DNA of 64,000 nt from an uncultured Spirochaetota bacterium (GTDB lineage: Bacteria; Spirochaetota; Brevinematia; Brevinematales; JAOACQ01): positions 1,024,001 through 1,088,000 of the forward strand of contig CAVYGN010000001.1 of assembly GCA_963768055.1 (NCBI GenBank), read 5' to 3'. The translations under genes were made by a program, and so were the position numbers. A model generated the notes under the pieces. That model was not told the origin of the DNA and ran no database searches. It saw nothing but the letters and a program-made list of their open reading frames with translations. Positions 55,473 through 64,000 of this stretch are shown here, in pieces (position 1 is the stretch's first letter; the number at the start of each line of letters is the position of its first letter).

Positions 55473-57494
55473 TTATACCCTGATTGGAAGGATTACTATG
55501 GGTATCCCGCCTGTATAGAATTTTCTCTGGATCGAGAAGGCGGTATAATTATGCAGCCAGCGTGTGAGTGCGGATTCTTCAGGAAAAACAAGCTGTCCTG
55601 CAAAGAAAACCGAATTGGGGAATTTTTTGATTATTTCAGGAGCAATTTTAAATGATTCTTCTACAATATCGACTGCAAGTGATGTGTAGCATTCGGCATA
55701 GAAGCCGTTTGAATTCATATATCTTGTATATTTCATGCCGTCTTCCGAGCATTGATTGTTCAATTCTGTCATTTCATCTTGCCCCTTAAAAACTCCTGAA
55801 TCGATCTGCCCGATTTGAACGAAGACAAAATTCTTGTAAACGCCGCTGAAAAGACGCAAAATGGTAAACAGTGTGTGAAGCCCCAAACCGCTGAAACCGT
55901 TGACAAAAAGGACTGCGGTTTTTGCTTTTTCGTCGCACCTGATATTTTCATTATCGGTTTCAGAGGCTTTTAAATCTCCTTTTTTTATTTCCTGTTCATT
56001 CATCACCGCATCGGTAAGCGCATCGAGCCTTTTCAGCATTTTGCGGGTATGGTTATAGTGGCGCTTGACAAATAATGATGCAGCAATAATTGCCCCTGTA
56101 ATTATTATAGTAATCCATCCGCCCTCGAAGAATTTGAGGATGACGACCGAAATGAGGATGAAAAGAGTCAATGTAAGCCCTATGCCGTTGATGAGAAGTT
56201 TCTTAAGCCAGCCCTTTTCACTTTTTCTATTGATCCACCAGTGGCGCACCATGCCCAGCTGGGAAAGGGAAAAAGTTATGAAAACGTTGATGCTGTAAAG
56301 GATGACAAGGAAACCGACATTGCCATGAGAATAGATCATAAGACCGATGGAAGCGATTCCCATGATCAGAATTCCGTTTTTTGTGACAAGGCGGTCGGAT
56401 AGCGATGAAAACCTTGTAGGGGCCCACTTGTCGAGCGCCATGTTTGAAAGAACACGCGGACCGTCGAGAAACCCGGTCTGCGCCGCAAAAAACAGGAGAA
56501 CGGCTTCGGATATGAGGCATGCAAGGACAAATGCATAACTCCAGGGCGCATGCCAGGCTGAAGTCATTTTTTCAAAAAGAACTGCATTGAGAGTCTTGCC
56601 CTCGACATGACCGACGTTAAGCATCAGGTAGCCTATTAACAAACCAGCGACCATGAAAGATAACGAATAAGCCATATAATTCATCGTTTTTTTTGCAGTC
56701 TGGATCTTCGGCACCCGCAATATCGGAATACCGTTGCTGACAGCCTCTATACCCGTATATGTTCCTGCCCCCATGCTGTATGAACGGAGAATAATGAAAA
56801 GCATACCAAAAAATCCAAGGCTGCTGCTCGTGTTGTGTATATCGGTAGCGGTACTATGGATCAGATTAGGAATATTGCCTGTGTTAATTCCGATAATATA
56901 CAAAATAGCGAATACATGCGTTAAGATAAATAAAATGAAAATAGGCACGATCGGCAGGACGGATTCTTTAACGCCCCGCAGATTGAGCCACATCAGCAAT
57001 ACAACGCCAAGGCATGCCACGATGAATTTGTAAGATAGAAATCCGCTTGGAAGGAAGCTGAAAATTGCGTCGGCTCCGCTCGCAATCGAAAGGGTTATTG
57101 TAAGAAGGTAATCTATAAGAAGCGCGCAGCCCGATATCATTCCGACTTTCGGAGAAATGAGCTTGCTTGCAACCAGGTAACCCCCGCCTCCCGAGGGGAA
57201 TAGCTCAATGATCTGCTTGTAGCTTGTCGCGACAATGAATATCGTTAAAACTGTGCCCAATCCCACGAACAGACTTAGATAAAGATGATTGCCGAGATTC
57301 AGGAAAGCCTCTTCAGGTCCGTAACAAGACGATGTGAGGCCGTCAACCCCCAATCCTACCCATGCGAAAAATGCAATGAGGGAAATTTTATGAAACAGAG
57401 ATGGGTCTGAAATATTCCTTGAGCCGCCGAAAAGCAATTTCTGGACCCTTTTTAACGGTGTTTCCTTGTTATCGTTATCCATTTTACCACGCAT
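55473..57494 (-). CDS. APC-superfamily permease, KimA/YdaO-like (probable K+ transporter)
   Basis: DGLTSSCYG, SY.QII..FPSGGGGY.VA, LNLRGVKES and TGIEAVSNG motifs; soluble C-terminal domain. The start may instead be 57482. Confidence 0.85.
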   Translation of the reverse strand: MRGKMDNDNKETPLKRVQKLLFGGSRNISDPSLFHKISLIAFFAWVGLGVDGLTSSCYGPEEAFLNLGNHLYLSLFVGLGTVLTIFIVATSYKQIIELFPSGGGGYLVASKLISPKVGMISGCALLIDYLLTITLSIASGADAIFSFLPSGFLSYKFIVACLGVVLLMWLNLRGVKESVLPIVPIFILFILTHVFAILYIIGINTGNIPNLIHSTATDIHNTSSSLGFFGMLFIILRSYSMGAGTYTGIEAVSNGIPILRVPKIQTAKKTMNYMAYSLSFMVAGLLIGYLMLNVGHVEGKTLNAVLFEKMTSAWHAPWSYAFVLACLISEAVLLFFAAQTGFLDGPRVLSNMALDKWAPTRFSSLSDRLVTKNGILIMGIASIGLMIYSHGNVGFLVILYSINVFITFSLSQLGMVRHWWINRKSEKGWLKKLLINGIGLTLTLFILISVVILKFFEGGWITIIITGAIIAASLFVKRHYNHTRKMLKRLDALTDAVMNEQEIKKGDLKASETDNENIRCDEKAKTAVLFVNGFSGLGLHTLFTILRLFSGVYKNFVFVQIGQIDSGVFKGQDEMTELNNQCSEDGMKYTRYMNSNGFYAECYTSLAVDIVEESFKIAPEIIKKFPNSVFFAGQLVFPEESALTRWLHNYTAFSIQRKFYTGGIPIVILPIRV

Positions 57495-57622
57495 TACCTA
57501 GTTTATTATTATAATTTGAGATTTCAATTAATTCAATTTCCTGTTTTTTTATAGGGGTGATTTTTGTTGAAATTTATCATTATTAAAAATAAAATAAGGT
57601 ATCTTCAAATAAAGGGTGCTTT

Positions 57623-58204
57623 ATGAACAAATTTTACCTTGTACTAATTCCTGCAATGATTATTCTCGCTTCCTGCTCGCCGAAGGAAAACAAGCAGAAC
57701 CTTGACGATATTATTTTATTGAATGAAAGCCAGGTGGCAAATTTCGTCAATATCCTGCCGGTAATATTTAAATTCTCGGACAATTATTATTCAGGGCTTT
57801 CACAGGAAGAAAGGGACTCGACAAACTATAACCTGAAATTTTTCGAAGCGCTGGAAAAAGACAGTTCGATAAATAAGTTACTGCCTGAGTATAATTTTTC
57901 AAATTCCATCGAACTTATCAAGGTTTATAATAACGTAGTGATGGAATATACTACTATAACAAGGGATTTCAGAAATTATAAAAAAGAACTGGATAATTTG
58001 AGGCAGACAATAGATTCGGAAAAAACTAATTATTCAATCGGCCTGAAAGATAAATCCCTGTCTGAAGACGACAGGAAAGTAATTCTGTCCAGGCTTAAAG
58101 AACTTGCGGATGATGAAAAGAGGGTGTCGAATATAATCATTGTCAGGAAATATGAGAAAAGGATCGATGACGCTTATTTTAACTATTACGGGAAAAAGAA
58201 GTAG
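57623..58204 (+). CDS. Lipoprotein of unknown function
   Basis: Lipobox ILAS-C; predicted helical body. Confidence 0.7.
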   Translation: MNKFYLVLIPAMIILASCSPKENKQNLDDIILLNESQVANFVNILPVIFKFSDNYYSGLSQEERDSTNYNLKFFEALEKDSSINKLLPEYNFSNSIELIKVYNNVVMEYTTITRDFRNYKKELDNLRQTIDSEKTNYSIGLKDKSLSEDDRKVILSRLKELADDEKRVSNIIIVRKYEKRIDDAYFNYYGKKK

Positions 58205-59570
58205 GAATAAACTCTTCCGGCGGTATTAAATGATGTGAAAGCCTGTATTGCAAAACAGCCGTTTTCGGGCTTTCACCGTAAACATAAGTCCTGCCGAGGT
58301 CCCTCAAACCGTTTTTCAGAGTGATAATTTTCTTTTTGATCACCTGGAATTCGTCCATCGGGGAATTCTGAAATTCCGTGAAGGGTTTTGGGACGAGCGG
58401 ATTGATATTAATGATGAACTCGGGAACATATCCATGTTTTTTTGAATAAGAATGCGACAAAATCCTGAGGCTTTTAACTAGTCCTATTATCTCTTCAATA
58501 TCCCCGGAGGTTTCGCCGGGCAGTCCGATTAAAAAGTATAATTTCAGCCTTTTAATGCCCATCTCGAAAGCCATGCCGGCTTTTTCCATCAAGATCTCGT
58601 TAGGAATAACCTTGTTTATTGTTTTTTTCAGATTCAGTGAAGAGGTTTCAGGGGCGACTGTCAGTGTTTTATTTTCGTTGTTTATTATAAGTTCAAGAAG
58701 TTCTTCGTCAAGCCCTTCAAGCCTGAACGCTGAAAAGGATAGCCTGAAGTTCATTCTGTTAAGTTCCTTGATGATATGCTTCAAATCCGGATGATTTGTT
58801 AAGGTCGCAGCGATAAGTCCGATCTTACCGGTTAATTTTAAATAATTTTCAGCAGTTTCAATAATTTTATCCTCGGGATAGGGGATATATTTCCCATATA
58901 AGCTTGATACCAGGCAAAAATTACATTTATAAAGGCATCCTCTTGAAATTTCAATAAGTCCCATGTCGGAAAATTCTGCTTTATCGGAAAGAATAACACT
59001 ATGTGACAGAATATTTCCGCATTGATAATAGGGTATATTTTCTCCTGCATCCCTATCCCGGTAATAAAAACCTTCGTAACCGCCAAGAGTATGAATAAAA
59101 TCATGTAAATCATTGAAATTACCTAGTTCCCTCAGGATTATCGGAATAGCGTATTCTGCCGGTGCGCAAACGGTAATATCGGCGATCTCCCTTAAATAAA
59201 AAAAAAGAAAAGTCGCCGCTATACCGCCTGCAATAATAATGGGTTTTTTCCTCTTGCCGGATTTTATTTCTATTCCGGAGCTCCTTAGCATCTCGATAAG
59301 GTTTATTAAATCGGGTTCGAAAGATATCGATATAAATATTACATCGAAAAGGGAAATGCTTCTACCGGATTCAAGGGCTGTCGTTCCTGTTTTCTGTGAT
59401 TTTTTGTTTAAAAACGCCCTTTCGCAATGTATGAAAGGATACTGCTGCAAAAGATGGTAAATGTTTTGAAAGGCAAGGCTTGACATGCCGATGGAATAAG
59501 CATTTGGATAGCAGACAACTGTGTTGTAAAGTATTTTTGTCTTTTTATAATTATAGAGAAATTTTTCCAT
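58179..59570 (-). CDS. Radical SAM protein (YPN.Y..GMS.L type)
   Basis: YPNAYSIGMSSLAF, EISRGCLYKCNFC (CxxxCxxC), TVAPE, KLYFLIGLPGET and VPKPFT motifs. Confidence 0.9.
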   Translation of the reverse strand: MEKFLYNYKKTKILYNTVVCYPNAYSIGMSSLAFQNIYHLLQQYPFIHCERAFLNKKSQKTGTTALESGRSISLFDVIFISISFEPDLINLIEMLRSSGIEIKSGKRKKPIIIAGGIAATFLFFYLREIADITVCAPAEYAIPIILRELGNFNDLHDFIHTLGGYEGFYYRDRDAGENIPYYQCGNILSHSVILSDKAEFSDMGLIEISRGCLYKCNFCLVSSLYGKYIPYPEDKIIETAENYLKLTGKIGLIAATLTNHPDLKHIIKELNRMNFRLSFSAFRLEGLDEELLELIINNENKTLTVAPETSSLNLKKTINKVIPNEILMEKAGMAFEMGIKRLKLYFLIGLPGETSGDIEEIIGLVKSLRILSHSYSKKHGYVPEFIININPLVPKPFTEFQNSPMDEFQVIKKKIITLKNGLRDLGRTYVYGESPKTAVLQYRLSHHLIPPEEFIPTSFSRNS

Positions 59571-59574
59571 GCCG

Positions 59575-60603
59575 TTATTTTACAATGTTGAAGGTATAAC
59601 AGGCTTCCGATTTATCAACTGTTTTTGTATTTACAGTCACCTGAAGACCTTTTTTTAATACACCCTTGATATCGGACGAAGAAATTGTACCGACATCCAT
59701 GAATGTATCTTTTCCGCTGAAGTTATTAAAGTTAATATCATCGAATTGAGATGACTGCGCAATAAGGCGGATTGTTTCTATTCCATAAGGGGCGCCAAGG
59801 GTAAATTCAAAACCCATTTTTTTATCGGGAAATTTGTAAACAGTTTTCGCACTTATAAAATTGTTAGTTTCAAATTTGTTGGGATATATCAATTTAACGC
59901 TGCCGTCTACCCCGACATGATATAGTTTTATATAACAGTCCTCATCGGATCGAATATTTATTACAAGTTTTTCACCGTCTTTGAATATGCCGTTTAGGCC
60001 TCTGTCCGTCCATAGCGTGACTTTAAAATCGTCTTTATCAAGAAGGCTGGAATCCTGCCCGAATTTTTTATAATTATCATAATTCGATGGTTTTAAATCC
60101 AGTTTGGGAGGCAATGATATAGAATTTATCCTGAGATCGGTCATTCCTACTACCTCTCTTGAGTCGCTCTTGTTGAGCGTGAAGAAGATCCTTATGCCGT
60201 CATTCTCGACATAGTATTTACCCAGCAGGATGCCGTCAAAATCGGCATCGGTTCTATAAACAAAGGTTTTATCGCTGATAGCTGTAAAATCCTTTTGAGA
60301 TTGGACGATTTTGAATAAACCGGTCTTATAGCTCGAGGACATAATATAATTTTTCAAATAATCGCTTAAAGGAGTTATTACACGCGAATCTTCCAGGTAT
60401 ATATCCTCTACTACGATTGAATAAGTCGTGTTGGTAATATTTTTAGCAAGTCTTTCCAGGGCTTCATAAATGGATTGTTCAAGCTGATCGGATTTTTGTA
60501 TATCGTTCTTGACGGCCTCCTGCCTGCCGCATGAGAATATTAATAAAATAAAAAAAACGGGGATGGAAATCAGCATTTTCTTCATAAGGAAACTCCTAAC
60601 CAC
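59575..60603 (-). CDS. Lipoprotein with a C-terminal DUF4384 domain
   Basis: Lipobox IFS-C; VTLWTDR...FKDGE...DCYIKLYHV..DGSV.LIYPN...PYGIE.I motif. The start may instead be 60585. Confidence 0.75.
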   Translation of the reverse strand: MVRSFLMKKMLISIPVFFILLIFSCGRQEAVKNDIQKSDQLEQSIYEALERLAKNITNTTYSIVVEDIYLEDSRVITPLSDYLKNYIMSSSYKTGLFKIVQSQKDFTAISDKTFVYRTDADFDGILLGKYYVENDGIRIFFTLNKSDSREVVGMTDLRINSISLPPKLDLKPSNYDNYKKFGQDSSLLDKDDFKVTLWTDRGLNGIFKDGEKLVINIRSDEDCYIKLYHVGVDGSVKLIYPNKFETNNFISAKTVYKFPDKKMGFEFTLGAPYGIETIRLIAQSSQFDDINFNNFSGKDTFMDVGTISSSDIKGVLKKGLQVTVNTKTVDKSEACYTFNIVK

Positions 60604-60719
60604 CGATTAAGTCCTGTAAGGATAACACAGATTAAACGAATTTCACACCATTATGTTTGCCAGATGCATAGTTCAATTTAATTATAGGCCTGCAATTAAA
60701 AAATATCAATAACTCGAAC

Positions 60720-61808
60720 TCATCTTACTTTATAATTTTCCAGACGCCTGTTCAATATTCTTTCAAAATTAAAAATATTCCAGGTATCCCATTCGGGGAG
60801 CTTTATTGAAAAAATTTTCCTGATACCGGCAATCACTGAAGGGATTTCTGTTATTCCGATATCGCCGGAATGAAGCCTGTCGAATAGCTGTTCGGAAACA
60901 CGATCGAAAAAAATTATCTGGTATGAGCCGAAAACAGGATCGATAGAATAAGAAGCTTTTGATACATCCGTAGTCCGGATTGTTCTCTTTTTTCGCCATC
61001 CGCGCGCTGAAAAGTGTAAAGGATCAAGTGTAAATCCATAGCTGCATTCTGCCGGGCCGATAAAGAGAACAGAATAAATCAAGTGAGAAAGAATGAACCT
61101 GATGGTCATAAGGATTGTTAAAGCGATAAATATCAATGCGATCCATGCTATGGGCCCGTAAAAGCTCCATTCCGTCGAGGTAATTCCCGCAGCTGTCAAT
61201 GCGGCGCCTCCCGATAAAAAAACAGTCCAGAATATATTTTTAAAGGATAAATTTTCTTTCCATAAAAAAACATGGCCTTCAGTCAGATCTCTTTCCATCA
61301 GCATTCCCGGTAAAGATGCCTCTGCCGGTATAAAAGACCCGGAAAGTCCGGCTTTATCGGTAAGAAGTTCATGAACCTTTTCAGCTTTATTCCTGGATCC
61401 CGTTCTCAAAAGTTCCCAGTATGAACCGTTCTTCCTGTGCATGGATACGATATAACCCTGCTCCCTGAAATACCCCAATGAAAAATTTTCAATTTCATCG
61501 AAAGACATCTTTTCATCTTTATCTCCCTTGAAATAAATATGAATTATCCTCTCCGGCAAATTAAATTTGATTCCTGCCGGAAGTTTTTTATAAAAACCGG
61601 CTGCCAGCATCGACGCCGATATTAAGGAAATTCCAATCCCGGTAATTATCAGACCCGGCTTTGAAAATCCCCCGGATGATAAAATTAAAGCACCGGTCAG
61701 AAAAAATAAAATTCCGGTAATTAACAGTATATACGAGATAAATTTTATGGATTTTTTTAATTTAAAACTCAGGATATCCGGATCATTATTCCTTTCCAGG
61801 TAAAACAT
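60720..61808 (-). CDS. Membrane protein of unknown function (two TM hairpins, each followed by a soluble domain)
   Basis: Two pairs of hydrophobic helices; overlaps the DUF763 stop; GGAGG RBS. Confidence 0.65.
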   Translation of the reverse strand: MFYLERNNDPDILSFKLKKSIKFISYILLITGILFFLTGALILSSGGFSKPGLIITGIGISLISASMLAAGFYKKLPAGIKFNLPERIIHIYFKGDKDEKMSFDEIENFSLGYFREQGYIVSMHRKNGSYWELLRTGSRNKAEKVHELLTDKAGLSGSFIPAEASLPGMLMERDLTEGHVFLWKENLSFKNIFWTVFLSGGAALTAAGITSTEWSFYGPIAWIALIFIALTILMTIRFILSHLIYSVLFIGPAECSYGFTLDPLHFSARGWRKKRTIRTTDVSKASYSIDPVFGSYQIIFFDRVSEQLFDRLHSGDIGITEIPSVIAGIRKIFSIKLPEWDTWNIFNFERILNRRLENYKVR

Positions 61809-62985
61809 CAGAATTCCTCCCGGAATCGAAAACGGTCCTTCCGTCGTTTGATTTTGATTCGGATTTTTCCTTTTTGATTAATTCATCAAAATCGGCCTCC
61901 GGCTCCAGGTCTTTTTCAATCCTTCCGGATAATCCGTAAAGCCTTTTAAGGCAGGTTAATTTGTCATGTTCATCCAGCCTTGCTCTTTGTATAGCCTCGC
62001 CGAGGACAGAGATAGACTGGTCATATATTTTGAGGGGTACAGGAAACGGATGGGAATCCTTTCCTCCATGGGCGAATGAAAAACGTGCGGGATCGGAAAA
62101 CCTCGATGGCGTTCCGAATATTACTTCGCTGACAAGTACCAGCGATTGAAGGGTACGCGGCCCGACGCCTTTTATCAGCAGGAAATCGCAGAAATCGGCG
62201 GGCTGCTTTTCATAAGCTGTCGCCAGAACTGCCCCAAGCCTTTTTAAATTAACATCCGCGGGTTTCACTTCATGCCTGGAAGGCATTACTATTTCCCTGA
62301 TTTCATTAAGAGTTCTATCCGGGTTGTCATGAGAAAGGTTTACAATGCTCTTCTTTGTTTCCCGTGCATCCCTGTGAGTAAGATTCAGGATTGGGCCAAG
62401 ATTTTCACCCACGATTCCCGTATGGGGTTCTTCATCGAATGATTTTATATTAGAAGAAAGCCAGTGATATCTTCTCGCCATTCTTGTCGATGTGTTCATA
62501 CCCTGCTGGACCACAGCCCAATCCCCTGCGTCGGTAAGGATAAAATTATGAAGGTAAAGCTGGAAACCGTCCTGTATCGCCGTATTATCTATTTTTGCGC
62601 TGAGTCTGCTCGCATTCACAAATTTATCCCCGTCAAGCCCGGTCCTGTTAGATACCTCTATAAGTTCCTGCGGGGTTTGCCGCGAATACCTGCCTCTGCC
62701 ACCGCAAATGAAAATGCCAAGTTCGCGGGATTTTGGTTCAAGCCCCCTTTTTAATGCTCCCATGACTGATGTTGTTATCCCTGAAGAATGCCAGTCCATT
62801 CCCAGAACGCAGCCCAGGGATTGAAACCATAAAGGATCGCTCAGCCGTCTTATAAATTCCCTGTTTCCATATAACTCGACAATCGACTCGACTATCAGAG
62901 AACCCAATTTTTCCATTCTGTCGTAAAGCCATTTTGGGACATTCCCATAATGAAGGGGCAGATCAGCTGTACCGGTTCTTTTCAT
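61786..62985 (-). CDS. DUF763-family protein
   Basis: [50 protein letters not shown] and [14 protein letters not shown] motifs. Confidence 0.92.
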   Translation of the reverse strand: MKRTGTADLPLHYGNVPKWLYDRMEKLGSLIVESIVELYGNREFIRRLSDPLWFQSLGCVLGMDWHSSGITTSVMGALKRGLEPKSRELGIFICGGRGRYSRQTPQELIEVSNRTGLDGDKFVNASRLSAKIDNTAIQDGFQLYLHNFILTDAGDWAVVQQGMNTSTRMARRYHWLSSNIKSFDEEPHTGIVGENLGPILNLTHRDARETKKSIVNLSHDNPDRTLNEIREIVMPSRHEVKPADVNLKRLGAVLATAYEKQPADFCDFLLIKGVGPRTLQSLVLVSEVIFGTPSRFSDPARFSFAHGGKDSHPFPVPLKIYDQSISVLGEAIQRARLDEHDKLTCLKRLYGLSGRIEKDLEPEADFDELIKKEKSESKSNDGRTVFDSGRNSDVLPGKE

Positions 62986-63971
62986 AGGTTTAACATAGCC
63001 ATCCTTGATTCGTCATAACGGGTCCCGGCAATAGATTCCGGAAGAAAATCGGCGTTCAGTTCCATTATTTCATCCGTCTTGAGAACCATATCTACCGCTT
63101 TTATATTTTCTTTAAGGTATTTTTCATGACGAGTTCCGGGGATCGGAATAATATCTTCTCCCTGCGAGAGAAGCCAGGATAATGCCAGCTGGCCGGGCGT
63201 GCATCCCTTTTTTTCAGCCAGGGCTTCAAGTTTTCCCAATAATCGCAGGTTTTTATTCAAATTATCATCCTGAAAGCGCGGATATGCCGCCCTGAAATCG
63301 TTACGGCCCAGAAGGGCCCGTGATTTAAAGCGGCCCGTTAAAAAGCCCCTTCCAAGCGGGCTGTATGCTACGAAAGCGATATTCAATTCCCGGACGGTTT
63401 TTAGTATATCACCTTCCGGATCGCGGCTCCAAAGGGAATATTCTGTTTGAAGGGCGGCAATCGGATGTACCGCATCGGCACGCCTTATAGTTTGAGGTCC
63501 CGCTTCGGAGAGGCCTATAAATCTTACCTTGCCTTCTTTTACAAGTTCTCCCATAGTCTCTACTGTTTCTTCTATTGGTGTATTTTTATCGACGCGGTGC
63601 TGGTAGTAAAGGTCAATAACATCGATTCCAAGCCGTTTTAAGCTCATTTCACAGGCGGCCTTTACATATTCCTTGCTGCCGTTGACCCCAAGAAAGGCCC
63701 CGTCGATCCTGCGCATATTACCGAATTTGGTTGCGATAAATACCTTATTCCGTTTACCGTTCCTGAGGGCCTGGTTGAGCAGCATTTCATTGTGACCGGT
63801 CCCGTACATATCGGCAGTATCCAGGAAATTAACGCCTAAATCGATAGCCTTGTGGATCAGATTTATAGAACTAATGTCGTCGGAATTCCCATAAAATTCC
63901 GACATTCCCATGCAGCCGAGTCCAATTGCCGAAACTGAAAGTCCGCTTTTGCCGAGGATCCTTTTTTTCAT
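62982..63971 (-). CDS. Aldo/keto reductase
   Basis: [41 protein letters not shown] and IPIPGT motifs. Confidence 0.96.
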   Translation of the reverse strand: MKKRILGKSGLSVSAIGLGCMGMSEFYGNSDDISSINLIHKAIDLGVNFLDTADMYGTGHNEMLLNQALRNGKRNKVFIATKFGNMRRIDGAFLGVNGSKEYVKAACEMSLKRLGIDVIDLYYQHRVDKNTPIEETVETMGELVKEGKVRFIGLSEAGPQTIRRADAVHPIAALQTEYSLWSRDPEGDILKTVRELNIAFVAYSPLGRGFLTGRFKSRALLGRNDFRAAYPRFQDDNLNKNLRLLGKLEALAEKKGCTPGQLALSWLLSQGEDIIPIPGTRHEKYLKENIKAVDMVLKTDEIMELNADFLPESIAGTRYDESRMAMLNL

Positions 63972-64000
63972 GTGTAAACCCTCCTATTTTAACAAATTAG

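Noticed and set aside
57495..57622. c-di-AMP (ydaO) riboswitch ahead of the KimA-like gene
   Set aside because: The gap is short and AT-rich, with none of the conserved riboswitch motifs.
1..64000. CRISPR array, rRNA, prophage, integrase, transposase, retron or DGR
   Set aside because: No regularly spaced repeats, rRNA-like sequence or matching protein motifs were seen.

Overview
Bacterial chromosomal window, almost certainly from a spirochaete: it carries a P83/100-family antigen, a spirochaete-type FliD and many spirochaetal lipoproteins. Brevinematales-like affinity is my inference only. Housekeeping genes: glnS, nifJ/PFOR, pyrF, malQ, tRNA(CAT, probably Ile2), comM/yifB, dnaA with a candidate oriC, ribD, folP, birA, galE, aroB, ndk. 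Accessory loci: a PadR-ABC exporter operon, two tandem orphan 7TM-PAS histidine kinases, a DNA-damage cluster (umuD-SRAP-umuC divergent from WYL-GyrI-YCII) and a MarR-nitroreductase operon with a decaying ferredoxin. No CRISPR array, rRNA, transposase, integrase or reverse transcriptase is visible. Most unusual observations: (1) a flagellar cap protein FliD with an apparent Sec signal peptide; (2) a MITE family with 17-bp TIRs and 4-bp target duplications, one copy inserted in-frame (+38 aa) inside a GT-C glycosyltransferase and another exactly at the -35 box of the galE promoter; (3) a umuC frameshift inside a perfect 11-bp hairpin; (4) a kinase paralog lacking its G2 box; (5) a candidate ~75-nt sRNA with its own promoter and terminator; (6) a ~254-bp long-hairpin element; (7) a DnaA with an altered recognition helix next to variant DnaA boxes. 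All family assignments come from motif recognition by eye; no searches were run.
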